Positions 27,497 through 40,238 of a stretch of 64,000 nt of DNA are shown piece by piece (position 1 is the first letter of the stretch; each line of letters opens with the position of its first letter). The translations under genes were made by a program, and so were the position numbers. The DNA lies in contig OZ024741.1 in assembly GCA_964016885.1 (NCBI GenBank), positions 45,508,001 through 45,572,000 on the forward strand, in the 5' to 3' direction. The stretch is from Eledone cirrhosa. Lineage: Eukaryota. The notes beneath the pieces are model-generated. The model made no database searches. It saw only the letters and a list, made by a program, of their open reading frames with translations, and was not told the DNA's origin.

Positions 27497-28514
27497 GACA
27501 CACACACTCACACATATATATATATTTATATATATATATATGAGTATGTATGAGAATGTGTGTATCCTGCTAAGGCATCAATAATATCCATATGAATTAT
27601 GATAGCAGTAAAAGTATTCATCTATAACATCTATCTCTTTCCTATACCATAGGAGAAATAAATAACAAATAGTAAATCTATGGTGGTGTTACAGACAGTC
27701 ATATATCGTATACTCTTTCCAGTCAGCCATATTTATCACGCAGCTGTGGCTACATCAGACTATTCCCACAATTTCCATCTGAATGTTTCGACCCCCTCTC
27801 TTTATTTTCCTGTTTCTATTTCTCTTCTTTGTTTTACTTAAGCCGTCTACTTTAGTAATTTATCTATGTTTAGTTTTATCTCCTATTTCATTTATCTTTC
27901 ATCTTTGTTTTATATTTATTTTCTTCTACTATCTAACGGCTTCCGACTTTTAAACGTATTTCTTTGTTCTTAGACACTGTGGAAATTAATGATAGATAAG
28001 TAAATAGATTAATAAATAAATAAATATTACATAGCTATAAATTATGCTTAGATATAATATATATCTCATATATCAGAAAAAAGTATCAAACACCATTGGA
28101 AAACAAACTTTAAGGAATGAGCCTAAGAATATGGCGTGCATGAAGGTTTATTAAATATTTCAAGACGGCTTCAGTAGTCCACTAATTTGAGTTCGTCACA
28201 ATATGTAGATTCTTTCAGTGACAGCTAAGGTTGACACTTCTTTTATTCGTCTAACGTGTGCAACGTTTATCAAATAAATACACTTAGGACTAGCAGGATA
28301 GCCGTGTAGTTATAGCATTAGCTTCGGAAAACAGGCGATTTAGGTTTGATACAATTGTGCTTTACATAAAATAAACATCTGTGACAGTATCGTCGGGTTA
28401 TGAAATTCATTGTGAGTAGAGATTTCAAGCGGGAATCCTATCTCATAAACACACACACATGCACACATACATGCACACATACATGCACACATCTTATGGA
28501 TATATGTATGTATA

Positions 28515-28589
<75 letters not shown>

Positions 28590-28699
28590 AGATTTGAATG
28601 GATACAGTTTAGTTGAAAGGAATTTATTGACACGTGTTTCTGTAACAGTTACATAACCTGAAAACAGCTGCTATCTACAAAAGTTTTAGTTATGCAGAC

Positions 28700-28743
28700 A
28701 TTCAATATTTCAATGTTATTATTTACTGTCATTTCATCAGAAT
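28700..28743 (-). ncRNA. Hammerhead-like motif (atypical cleavage triplet)
   Basis: att-CTGATGA-aatg..catt-GAAA-tattg-aat. A second decayed motif (ttgtaga-tagcag..ctgtta-ca-GAAACACGTGTC) lies at about 28627-28682. Confidence 0.55.
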
Positions 28744-29603
28744 AATATTATTGAGGACCTATTTGGTTTTTATGGAGAATATTAGGAGGGAGGGGTGAAG
28801 TTGTTAGAAGAATAGTTGAGGGAGTGGTTTGTTGATAGCAGTGAGAATTTTTTGGTGGCAGTGAGTAATTAGATTCCCATCTGTTGTTTTGACATTTTTA
28901 TAGAATATATTATTGGTTATTTTTCTAAATTTATAGAAGGATTAGAGATAGTAAAGATATGCGTGGTTGGTTTTGTGTTTGCACTTAATTAACATTCAGA
29001 CTTAAATTTTTCTTTCAAGTGTACGTATCCTTTCACCCACGCATTCACACACAAATATATTTGCACACCTCTACAAAATACATATACTCACATTCACATA
29101 TTCATATTTACATACATATACAAATGCATACATATATATATACACACATGTATTCATGTACATACATACGCGTTCATGTGTATACATTTTCATACTCAAC
29201 TTATCTTTATATACACACGCATAGACACACACATATATACATACATACTCTAGTCTATGTGTACACATATACATATACATACACACCTATACATATATAT
29301 ATATATATACACACATATATATATACATATATATATATATATAAGCACTTTAATACATGAATGCACTTACATCCTACTATACACATCAAACATATATATA
29401 TTTACTTATTTATATACATTTTCACATATATATACATACTTATGGACGTTTTTAGACACATTCATTATCGCACCTATTTTCATCAGCATATCTTTCCATT
29501 ATTAGTGTGGTAATCTAAGGTTATTAATATATGTTGAGAAGAGATTGTTTTTATATTTTTCTAACTAGAATGAGGTTTATATAGTTGGGGGGATGTTCCT
29601 CTT

Positions 29604-31360
29604 TTATGTAATATTCGGCTTGTAGTGGGAAAAAAGGGTTTTAGTTCTGTGACGGCAGAATAATGTTCGTTCAATTCTGTTATTCAGCAATTTATTCTTG
29701 TGTGTGATTATGTAATAAATCTCAAGATTACATAATTTGCAGAAATTTTGGCTCCTGGAAAAGCTTTGGGTTTTAGCTAATTTCTCCCATTTTAGAGTAA
29801 ACTTTTGATCACTATCCCTGAGCGTCCAAGCTTTTTCTGCTAAGGTTGTTACATTTCTTTGGCTCTGGTGTTTTATTGAGTAAGAATGCCTATATAATCG
29901 AGATTTGAACGATGTTGCCGTTGATCCCACGTAATACCACTCGTTGCCTTCGGATTTAATGGTACACTTATAAATAATATTTTTTTCCAGGCAGTTATTG
30001 CCGAGGGGGCAGTTGTCAGGATAGGTGCAGTTACAGTTGTGTACGTTGGGTTTTCTCTGGAGTAGTATTGCGGACGAACTTAGGTGTGGTTTATTTATGT
30101 TCTGTAGTGTATTGTCTACTGTTTTTTTTTGTGTTTTTTGTACTTAAGTTCTTAGTGTTTTCGTTTGACCTTCTAGTATTGATCTTTTTTATGTGTTGTT
30201 CAAGGTTTAACGCTGTAGAGTATGACAGTCTTATAGTGGTTGGGTTTAGGATTTTGTGGTATTTGTGTGATGTAGGAAAATGTCTCTTAATTATTTTAAA
30301 GAAGAGTACTGGTAAATTTGTACTAATGGAACTATTGTATTCGGGGTTATACCATAAGTACTCTTTGCATCGCTTTCTATTAGTTTTGTTTGTTGGTTTA
30401 CTGGTGTGGATACTACGGTAGTAAGTGTGGTTTGGTGTTGTGTTATTATATCTACCTATGTGGGATTTATTTTGGGTGTTTTGATTGTTCCCATCTATAT
30501 ACTCTATTTTGTTGAGGTAGCCTGCTTTACTAAGGGCGTTATCGTAGTACTCGGCGTGTTCCTTAAATACTTGTATGTTAGAAGATAGACCCGAGATTCT
30601 AAGGGAAATATTTTTAGGGATAGATTTAATTATAGAGATGGGGTGGTTAGATCCAACATTTACATATTTGAGATTTTCATTCAATTTATGAAACGGTTTA
30701 ATCAATCCAGAGTTTAAATTGAGTGTGACATCCAGGAAGTTAACTACTTTAAGGTTGTATTCATATGTTATAGTTAGTCCTATTTCGAGTAGTAGTTTTC
30801 TTATATCTTTGCGTAGTTTTTCTAGTTTTTGGTTACTTAGGTTTTTAACTAGGAGGAGAACATCGTCGCGGTATATTCCGCCGTGGAGATTGCTGAATTT
30901 TTCCTGGAGTCTAAAGGCGATAAATAACCCCACAATATCAGTTATTTCCGCCGAATCGTTAGAGCCCATTGTTATGTCAAAGTTAGAGGGTCTATCTTTA
31001 CGTACCCAATAACTGTTCTCGAATTAGACTATAGTTTTCCTAGCTTCTAGTATAATCTTAATTTCATCGTTTGTAAGGTCAGAGTTATCCTTAGCAAACT
31101 TAATGGCTCTATTCAAAGTTTCAGGTGATATCGATGAGTAATATTCATCGATATCAAACTGGATAAACTTAGATTTATTCTTATTGCTAATGCTATTAAA
31201 CCATCTTATTGCTTCTTGGGTCTTCCCCCAGAGTTTAATGTTAACCTTAGCCCTAATTTGGGGGATGATTCTATCTAAGATATATTTGCTTATTTTACCT
31301 ATATCTGATTTGGAGGGACAGATTAATCTAATTTTAGGGTCATTATCAAAGTTTACCTTA
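29604..31360 (-). pseudogene. Naiad-type RT + GIY-YIG (one stop and a frameshift)
   Basis: RLICPSKSDIGKISK, QFDIDEYYSSI, MGSNDSAE, GIYRDD, NFLDVT, SNHP, WYNP, CNC..CPL..C, IIY..YVGST, CKLCNLE, CRH. Confidence 0.9.
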
Positions 31361-32286
31361 TGGTCCCACTACAAGCCGAATATTACATAAAAGAGGAACA
31401 TCCCCCCAACTATATAAACCTCATTCTAGTTAGAAAAATATAAAAACAATCTCTTCTCAACATATATTAATAACCTTAGATTACCACACTAATAATGGAA
31501 AGATATGCTGATGAAAATAGGTGCAAATATGCGATAATGAATGTGTCTAAAAACGTCCATAAGTATGTATATATATGTGAAAATGTATATAAATAAGTAA
31601 ATATATATATGTTTGATGTGTATAGTAGGATGTAAGTGCATTCATGTATTAAAGTGCTTATATACATATATATATGTATATATATATGTGTGTATATATA
31701 TATATATATATGTATAGGTGTGTATGTATATGTATATGTGTACACATAGACTAGAGTATGTATGTATATATGTGTGTGTCTATGCGTGTGTATATAAAGA
31801 TAAGTTGAGTATGAAAATGTATACACATGAACGCGTATGTATGTACATGAATACATGTGTGTATATATATATGTATGCATTTGTATATGTATGTAAATAT
31901 GAATATGTGAATGTGAGTATATGTATTTTGTAGAGGTGTGCAAATATATTTGTGTGTGAATGCGTGGGTGAAAGGATACGTACACTTGAAAGAAAAATTT
32001 AAGTCTGAATGTTAATTAAGTGCAAACACAAAACCAACCACGCATATCTTTACTATCTCTAATCCTTCTATAAATTTAGAAAAATAACCAATAATATATT
32101 CTATAAAAATGTCAAAACAACAGATGGGAATCTAATTACTCACTGCCACCAAAAAATTCTCACTGCTATCAACAAACCACTCCCTCAACTATTCTTCTAA
32201 CAACTTCACCCCTCCCTCCTAATATTCTCCATAAAAACCAAATAGGTCCTCAATAATATTATTCTGATGAAATGACAGTAAATAAT

Positions 32287-32464
32287 TGTTTCTACTTTAG
32301 GCACAAGGCCAGCAATTATCCAGTGCATTACTGGTACTTTATTTTATCGACCCCGTAAGGATGAAAGGCAAAATCAACCTCGGCGGGATTTGAACTCAGA
32401 TCGTAAAGGGACGTAACTATGCTGGAAAGCATGGCGTCCGACCCTCCACCGATACTACCAATCC
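32287..32464 (-). mobile_element. SINE family A with a 16-bp TSD
   Basis: aatgacagtaaataat at 32271-32286 and 32465-32480. Absent from the mirror arm. Confidence 0.9.
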
Positions 32465-32721
32465 AATGACAGTAAATAATAACATTGAAATATTGAATGT
32501 CTGCATAACTAAAACTTTTGTAGATAGCAGCTGTTTTCAGGTTATGTAACTGTTACAGAAACACGTGTCAATAAATTCCTTTCAACTAAACTGTATCCAT
32601 TCAAATCTTTCTATTTTTCTCCGGATTACTTTTGGAACTACAACTGGAACCGTCGAGCAAACTCTACGTGAGCTGTCAATCTACTGTGTGTAATATTTAT
32701 ATTACAATACAACGGAAAATA

Positions 32722-32766
<45 letters not shown>

Positions 32767-32879
32767 CAGAAGGGATATTCAATTTGTTGCTAATTCAATA
32801 AATATAAATGCTTTATAACTGATTCAGAGCACTATCCAAGGAAAACTTGAACCGTTAAGGTATATTCTCCTTGGTTATG

Positions 32880-33000
32880 TCAAAATTTATAAAACACACT
32901 TCGTATTTTATCTGATGATAGCGTACCAAAATGTTGGTACCCTTGAGATATATATAATAGAATAAATATGGTTTTATAAATATAGTTTCCATTTATTTAA
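32880..33000 (+). mobile_element. PLE terminus remnant with a decayed HHR
   Basis: tattttat-CTGATGA..gtacca/tggtac..GAGA-tatatata-atagaata (32904-32964). A reverse homologue lies at about 15590-15693. Confidence 0.55.
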
Positions 33001-33021
33001 TATCATTATATATATATATAT

Positions 33022-33485
33022 GTAAAAATAACAAAATAAGATGCCAAGGTTACATAGATCGTTTAATAATTATAATTATTTCAACGGTTCTCCATGCAAT
33101 CGAGAAGTCCTTCATGCATTTGTTGTTGTTATGAGAACGGTACTCTCAAATGATACCTAATATGTCTGATATGCCACCGGCAGCAAAAAACACACTTCCT
33201 ATTGGTTGTGTGCCCAACAGATATATGAGTTCCTGAAATGGTCTCCCAGCCGTCTTGTTTGCTAGAGTAAAGTGCTATCAACGAAAGGCGGCATATCAAA
33301 CATATCGGGTATCATCTGAGGATACCGTTCTCATAACAACTTCTCGATTGCATGGAGAACCGTGGAACTAATTATAATGATTAAACAATCTATGTAACCG
33401 CAGCATCATATTTTGTTATTTTTATAAAATATTGAGAGCTTTCTCCTGCTTGCTCCTGTTTTTACCAAAACAATCTCTTCTGAAC
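33022..33485. mobile_element. Short inverted-arm element with a decayed HHR in each arm
   Basis: 33023-33179 is inverted to 33287-33424. The two arms together give atcat-CTGAGGA-stem II-GAAA-taatta-TA-atgat (33311-33381). Confidence 0.7.
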
Positions 33486-34028
33486 ATATATATATAAATG
33501 TATATAAATATGTATTATATTAATTACTAGGATTTTTTTTTCATAACGCTGACGCGTATGTCTATATGTGTGTCCGTATGGGTATGTTCATATTCATACA
33601 TTTATATGTATGCGTATATAAAAATAAACATGTAAACAGAGACACACTTACAAAAATGCACACTCAGACATACATTCACACAAACACATACACAGCATGA
33701 CAAATGGAACGACAGCTGCTATTGTGCTATAGGTTTTTCACCATCACCTTCCTGCCTTTTATACAGACACACATTCACGCTGGTCACAGATGTTAAGAGA
33801 GAGGAGTAGTATGAGGTAGTCAAACTACTCCTCTCTCTTTTGTGACAGAATCGCAGAATTTTATATATAGATTCATGTTCAGACACGAAAGAAAAATGCA
33901 CGATATAATAAATAATATAATATATCAGCTCTCTTCTCTGATTGAGCGGTGTTTTCCTTTTTCCTTTTTTCACATCTACGAATATTCTCTCTCTCTACAC
34001 ACACACGCACACACACAAACATACACAC

Positions 34029-34108
<80 letters not shown>

Positions 34109-34622
34109 ACAGACAGACACACATACACACGTAACTTGAGTGCAAAAAAGTAGAATAAAGGTTATGTATATAAACAAAGCTAAACTATTGTGATTTTTGC
34201 ATACGAATTAATTGCACGCCTTTAGGTTTTCTTCTCTCACGCCAGTGCAATTGTAGTTGTTCAGATATATAGGAAGTGATATGCATGCAGATCGCTAAAC
34301 GAAACTAGGTGAAAGGTCGTGTGGAATGGAATAAGAGAACAGAAAATGTATAATTGGTGCAGGAATGTAACTCCGGGATTAAAATGATTTATTCCTTGCA
34401 TATAGCTAGAAAAATGTGTACTCCAAAGGGAAGCTCAAAGGTTACTAAATACTTAATTGATTGAAAATTTAATAATTATAGGACACACGTAATAGATTCA
34501 TTTATAAAACTGAATCTCACATAGGGAATAATGAGCTTGGACCTATTTGATGCAGTGATACACTGGACGATGTTAGGCGTAATGAAGTTTCAGCGTGATT
34601 TTGTTTATTATTTTGTGGTAAC

Positions 34623-34824
34623 AGAGGGCGGTGGATTGGCAGTATTGGTAGAGGGTCGGATGCCATGATTTGTAGCATAGAGGTACGCTCCTTTACGGTC
34701 TGAGTTTAACTTTGCCGAGGTTAACTTTGCTCTTCATCCTTACGGGGTCGATAAAATAAAGCACTGAGGTCGATTTAATCGACTTTCCCCTCAAATTACT
34801 GGCCTTGTGCCTATACTAGAAATC
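34623..34824 (+). mobile_element. SINE family A with a 16-bp TSD
   Basis: attattttgtggtaac at 34607-34622 and 34825-34840. Confidence 0.88.
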
Positions 34825-35099
34825 ATTATTTTGTGGTAACGCTCTTGTGGTGGAGAATGCTGCTAAATCGTTCAGAAAAACAATCTGACAAGTATTGTCG
34901 CTACAATAGTATTGTACGTTATTCTACGTTTCTGGTTCCTTGAGTGATTGGGTGCCTCTAGAGGTCGGACGAATTCTATCTTTGCTAAAATCTACTTCGA
35001 CAGTGGGCGTCGTTGTAGTACTGCGCATGCTCTTGGAAAATCTGCTTATTTGTAGATAACCAAGATATGTAGATCGTTATACTTTTCGGTATTCTTTTG

Positions 35100-35560
35100 G
35101 GGATAGGGCATGGATTGTTAGAGATTTTGTTAATGTATAAGTAGTAGTAGAGCCCAGTTCAGAGATTCAGCACGACGTTCAGAAAGTCAGATAAGCTCAG
35201 GTATTTTTGGGTCGTAATGCTGAGCTCGATGAGTACTTTCGTTGTCTGGTCAGTTATTCTGTCGGTACAATTGTGCAGGGTGAGCAGGCTATGTTCTAGG
35301 TAGAGTTTTCATCCAATGAAAGGGAAATTGTCCGTTAGTTTTTATACTATGTATAATTCAATAATATCCATAACTTCTGCTTTGTGGGTAGCTCCCATAC
35401 CAGCGTTGAAGTAGGATGCGTGTGACTGCTTGGCCCAAAGCGATCCATCGAATTTTAGAATGGAATGATGGGCATGGAAAATAATTTCGTAGCTTCGTTT
35501 CCTATCCTGGCAAAATCCAAGGCTTTTTTCAATAAGAGCAGAATTATTGAAGCATAGTAA
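35100..35560 (-). pseudogene. Old Naiad-type RT remnant
   Basis: GMGATHKAEVMDIIELY at about 35352-35402 matches MGSNDSAEITDIVGLF of the 30 kb element. Boundaries are rough. Confidence 0.5.
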
Positions 35561-35561
35561 A

Positions 35562-35735
35562 TGTTTCTACTTTTGGTAGAAGGCCAGCAATTACCCCAGT
35601 GCATTACTGGAGCTTTATTTTATTAACCCCGTAAGGATGAAAGGCAAAGTTAACATCGGCAGGATTTGAACTCAGAACATAAAGAGCCATAACTCTAAGC
35701 TGCAAAACATACTGTCTGATGCTCTACCGATGCTA
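35562..35735 (-). mobile_element. SINE family A
   Basis: Same family motifs, reverse strand. Confidence 0.78.
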
Positions 35736-35776
35736 AAAATAGTGTATATAAAACAAACAAAATAACAATAGCAACA

Positions 35777-35809
<33 letters not shown>

Positions 35810-35812
<3 letters not shown>

Positions 35813-36163
35813 CAAAGGAATTGTGGTAAGGAACCAGATGGACCATAATGCACCAGAGTACTCGATACTTAGGGTAGTAGAGTGGGAAATAGGAAAAGTA
35901 TGACCCCGACGGCAGAGCTCAAGCCGTTTCGACGCTTGACCGCTCCACTCACTCTCCTATTGTTCTACAAGCAAGTTCAGCCACCCCTACCTCCCACCAA
36001 AGGCCATGATAGACTTATTTGTGTTTACAACAAATTTTAACCAATCCTCTTGACAACTACAATCTTCCCATATAAGGAAGTACCCCCTTGACAAGCTCGG
36101 CTGTTTATTCACCAGGCTAAAAATAGCCGTCGAAACGGCTTGAGCTCTGCCGTCGGGGTCATA
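35810..36163. mobile_element. Short inverted-arm element (second copy at 38398-38566)
   Basis: 35899-35934 is inverted to 36128-36163. HHR-like TTGACAA..cggctgttt/aaatagccg..GAAAC at about 36085-36144. Confidence 0.65.
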
Positions 36164-36882
36164 TATCATTATCTATAAAAGGCAGATTTTTGTGTCTGTA
36201 TGTATGTTTCAATTTTATACATTTACACAATTCCAAAAATATTGAATGAATAATTAAGCAGAATGTTTACAAATATTCTAACTTGGGTCATGGGCGATCT
36301 TATTGGGTAAAAAATGCCACAATTACGGAAAAATCGATTTATTTCAATAATCGATGATTTCTTCTCTTTCATATGATATACGTTTCCTATATCTACTCCC
36401 ATTCATCACCTCCCCTTAAAATTGCTACCTTCTCTTATAAGTGTTTGTGAAAAAGAGAAACATTAAAAAAAAACATATACACACATATGTGGGTGCATAC
36501 ACACACATATATGTTGGTATGGTTACGATTGACGTCATAGAAACAGGAACGCGGGAATTTCAATCAATCAACGCATACACAGTTTGTTTTAGAAATAACA
36601 ATAGCATATAATGATAAAGAGATCGGCCTTACACTTTCAAGCTAAATTTTTCTGTATAAGTAACTTTAACCCTTTATTTTCGACATAAAAATACACACAT
36701 ACATACAATTACCTGTAAATTTTTTTTTTTTTTTGGGGGGGGGGCCTTTCTTATCAATCTTTTTACATTCAATTATCAGCCTTATACTTTCAAAGTCAAT
36801 TTTTATGTTGAAGTAACTTTCAACCTTTAATACATACATACATACATACATACATACATACATACATACATACATACATACA

Positions 36883-37475
36883 TGGTGGCTGCCAACTCGT
36901 TTTCGAGTACGGCCACTACTTTATATCCATGTAGGAGAACCCCTACCGATGCGCTGAACGAGTGTGACTTTTTAGTCCAGCCAGCGACTTGAAAACTCTG
37001 GTACAAACATGACACCTGTGATAATTATTGACACATAGTGCTGGGCCCATGGTACCATGTGACGACAAGTGCAGAGAGATCTCCAGATATAAAGCAATGC
37101 CTGTGCCGTGAAGCTTTTATAGTGAGCAAAGGCACTGCACAAAGCCAGTCCCACTCTCTTAACCAAGATGATATTTACCAAAAAGAAGAACAAGTCAACA
37201 TCATTGGATACCATCAGGGTTGCAGGTGTTATATCAGAGTTTTCCTTCTCCTAGAATTCTGCCTTGACAAAGGCTAAGGGTTCATCTCTCCCGGTGATTT
37301 TGGATGGCCATTGATTCTTAAGAGCTCCTTTGCCCTTTGACAGGTTTTGTTTTTAGTCCTGCAGGATGTCCAAAGTCACCTTCCTCACCAAGAAACCTTG
37401 GTGGGGTTGCCAGTTTAGACGCCAACGATCCGACCATGAGACAGGTTGTACTGGGATACATATTACCAGTAGCAC
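36883..37475 (-). mobile_element. Non-autonomous RTE-like derivative of about 600 bp, copy 1
   Basis: Near-identical to 39188-39790, (ATGT)n tail, (TACA)n on both sides. Confidence 0.7.
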
Positions 37476-37518
37476 ATACATATACATACATACATACATA
37501 CATACATACATACATACA

Positions 37519-37550
<32 letters not shown>

Positions 37551-37569
37551 CATACATATACATACATAC

Positions 37570-37604
<35 letters not shown>

Positions 37605-38030
37605 GTATTAAGGATACTATTTATGGTTATGTATATACTAAAACCTTTTATAGTTATATATATATTATACCCTAAATAGTGAAAGACAGTAATTTATTAC
37701 TATCTTATTACCAGTAAGATAAATAGCTCAATGTAACAACATCAGTTGTTTTACAGAGCAGTTATATAGAGATTACATGAAACAAAGTTCCGTCCAAATC
37801 ACTGATCTGCTTACAATTGTTTCTTCCAAATTACCATGCTATATTATTATAATGGATGTCAACCCACTGTGGGTCAATATATACATATGTTTCTATATGT
37901 CTCTTGTGTTGAAAAGGAGGTCAAGTATGTTAAAAATCACTGAATAATTGCTCCGAAGACTCCAAACCTCGGTTTGGAAGAAACAATTGTAAGCAGATAA
38001 ATGATTCAAACAGAACCCTGTCCCATGTAA

Positions 38031-38035
<5 letters not shown>
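37605..38035. mobile_element. Short PLE terminus insertion with inverted arms and an HHR
   Basis: 37767-37830 is inverted to 37972-38035. tgct-CCGAAGA-ctccaaac/gtttggaa-GAAAC-aatt-GTA-agca at 37949-37995. Confidence 0.7.
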
Positions 38036-38065
<30 letters not shown>

Positions 38066-38175
38066 GCATGTATATATGTATATATATATGTATATATATG
38101 TATGTATATATACATACATATATATATGTATGTATATATATATACATACATATATATACACATATATATATATAT

Positions 38176-38392
38176 GGGAACGATCGACTTCCGGCAAATC
38201 AGACCGAGGGAACAATGTTTCCGTTGGTCTTTCCAATTGCTAATACTATCTATGGGTCGCAACTCCAGGTAGAAGGAGCAACGTGAAATAAAGTGTCTTG
38301 CTCAAGGACATAACGCATCGCCTGGTCCAGGAATCGAACTCACAACCTTACGATTGCGAATCCAATTATCTAACCACTCAGCCACACGCCTT
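38176..38392 (-). mobile_element. tRNA-derived CORE-like SINE
   Basis: gtggctgagtgg A box, gagttcgattc B box, tccttgagcaagacactt CORE-like motif. Confidence 0.72.
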
Positions 38393-38397
38393 CACAT

Positions 38398-38563
38398 ATA
38401 GCCGTTTCGACGGCCAATTCTGGACTAGTCCAGAATTAGCCGTCGAAATGGCTTGAGCTCAGCCGTCGGGGTCCTACTCATTCCTATTACCCACTCTACT
38501 ACCCTAAGTATTGAGTACTTTGGTGCATTATGGTCCACCTAGTTCCTTACCACATTTGCTCCG

Positions 38564-38566
<3 letters not shown>
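38398..38566 (+). mobile_element. Fold-back terminus fragment, same family as 35810-36163
   Basis: Spacer-less hairpin at 38401-38452, and 38440-38566 is the reverse complement of 35810-35934. Confidence 0.7.
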
Positions 38567-38598
<32 letters not shown>

Positions 38599-39187
38599 AG
38601 CAAAAGAATGGGTGAATGAAAGAGTAACAAGCCGTTAAAACATATCTTTATATAGCTCTTACACATGTTTTGCCCAGAGGGGCTGGTCGGAGGCAGATAC
38701 TCATATAGCAAAGTCCTTAATTACAAACCCTAAAAGGGTATAATAATATCACGTCGCCATGCGTTGTGATTTTAGGTGTTATGGTGAAAGGGGTATAATT
38801 CGCTCACTCATTCCTTTGCTTATTCCAGCTCTGCTTAATCTTTACACAAAATATTAACTTTCTCTAATATTTAACCCTGAGAAACCAAGCATTGAGCACA
38901 TTACGTATCTGCTTTTCGCATGTGATATTCTGTATCACACCTTTATATCTCTTCTTTCTATCCTCTCTTACGATACTGTAAACTATTATCATACATACAT
39001 ATATATACACATATATACATACATACATATATATACATACACATATATATACATACACATATATATACATACACATATATATATATACATACATATATAT
39101 ACATACCCATATATACATACATATATATATACATACACATATATACATACACACATATATATACATACACACATATATATATATACA

Positions 39188-39790
39188 TGGTGGCTGCCAA
39201 CTCGTTTTCGAGTACGGCCACTACTTTATATCCATGTAGGAGAACCCTTACCGATGTGCTGAACGAGTGTGACTTTTTAGTCCAGCCAGCGACTTGAAAA
39301 CTCTGGTACAAACACTACACTTGTGACAATTAGACACATAATGCTGGGCCCATGGTACTACGTGACGACAAGTGCAGAGAGATCTCCAGATATAAAGCAA
39401 TGCCTGTGCCGTGAAGCTTTTATAGTGAGCAAAGGCACTGCACAAAGCCAGTCCCACTCTCTTAACCAAGATGATATTTACCAAAAAGAACAAGTCAACA
39501 TCATTGGATACCATCAGGGTTGCAGGTGTTATATCAGAGTTTTCCTTCTCCTAGAATTCTGCCTTGACAAAGGCTAAGGGATCATCTCTCCCGGTGATTT
39601 TGTATGGCCATTGACTCTTAAGAGCTCCTTTTCTCTTTGACAGGTTTTGTTTTTAGTCCTGCAGGATGTCCAAAGTCACCTTCCTCACCAAGAAACCTTG
39701 GTGGGGTTGCCAATTTAGTCGCCAACGACCCGACCATGAGACAGGTTGTACTGGGATACTTGTTACCAGTAGCACCAACTGGTGACCTGA
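39188..39790 (-). mobile_element. Non-autonomous RTE-like derivative of about 600 bp, copy 2
   Basis: Ends in [23 protein letters not shown] (C2H2-like C-terminus seen in RTE ORFs), a short 3' UTR and an ATGT-type tail. No RT core. Confidence 0.7.
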
Positions 39791-39832
39791 CATACATACA
39801 TACATACATACATACATACATACATACATACA

Positions 39833-39864
<32 letters not shown>

Positions 39865-40238
39865 CATAAAAATACCTGTCACTTAATTTACACACACATC
39901 GGCCCTACACTTTCAATCTATATTTTTCTGTAGAAGTAACTTTAACCCTTTCTTTTCGACATAAAAATACACACATACATACAAATACCTGTACATTTTT
40001 TTTTTTTGGGGGGGGGGGGGGGGGGCTTTCTTATCAATCTTTTTACATTCAATTATCAGCCTTATACTTTCAAAGTCAATTTTTATGTTGAAGTAACTTT
40101 CACCCTTTATTTTTCGATACCCATTTACTTACTAACATTTGTATCACAACAACAAGAACAATATTCATAAACAGACAGTAGACTTTCAAAGTCAATTTTT
40201 CTGTAGAAGTAATTTTCACCCTTTCTTTTGGACATAAA

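Larger units (their letters stand above)
28584..32725 (-). mobile_element. Naiad-type PLE, 5'-truncated, with an inverted 3' duplication of about 1.05 kb
   Basis: 28584-29630 is inverted to 31364-32612 (the right arm is interrupted by a SINE). The right arm extends to 32725. (TA)n flanks. Confidence 0.92.

Noticed and set aside
28584-32612. Long terminal inverted repeats suggesting a DNA transposon or Polinton
   Set aside because: The arms are duplicated 3' ends of a PLE, including the last codons of its ORF. There is no transposase or integrase.
39700-39790. HDV-like ribozyme at the 5' end of the RTE derivative
   Set aside because: GG-P4-CTAA-P2-like parts are present, but I could not assemble P1, P3 and L3 in the right order. 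A covariance search is needed.
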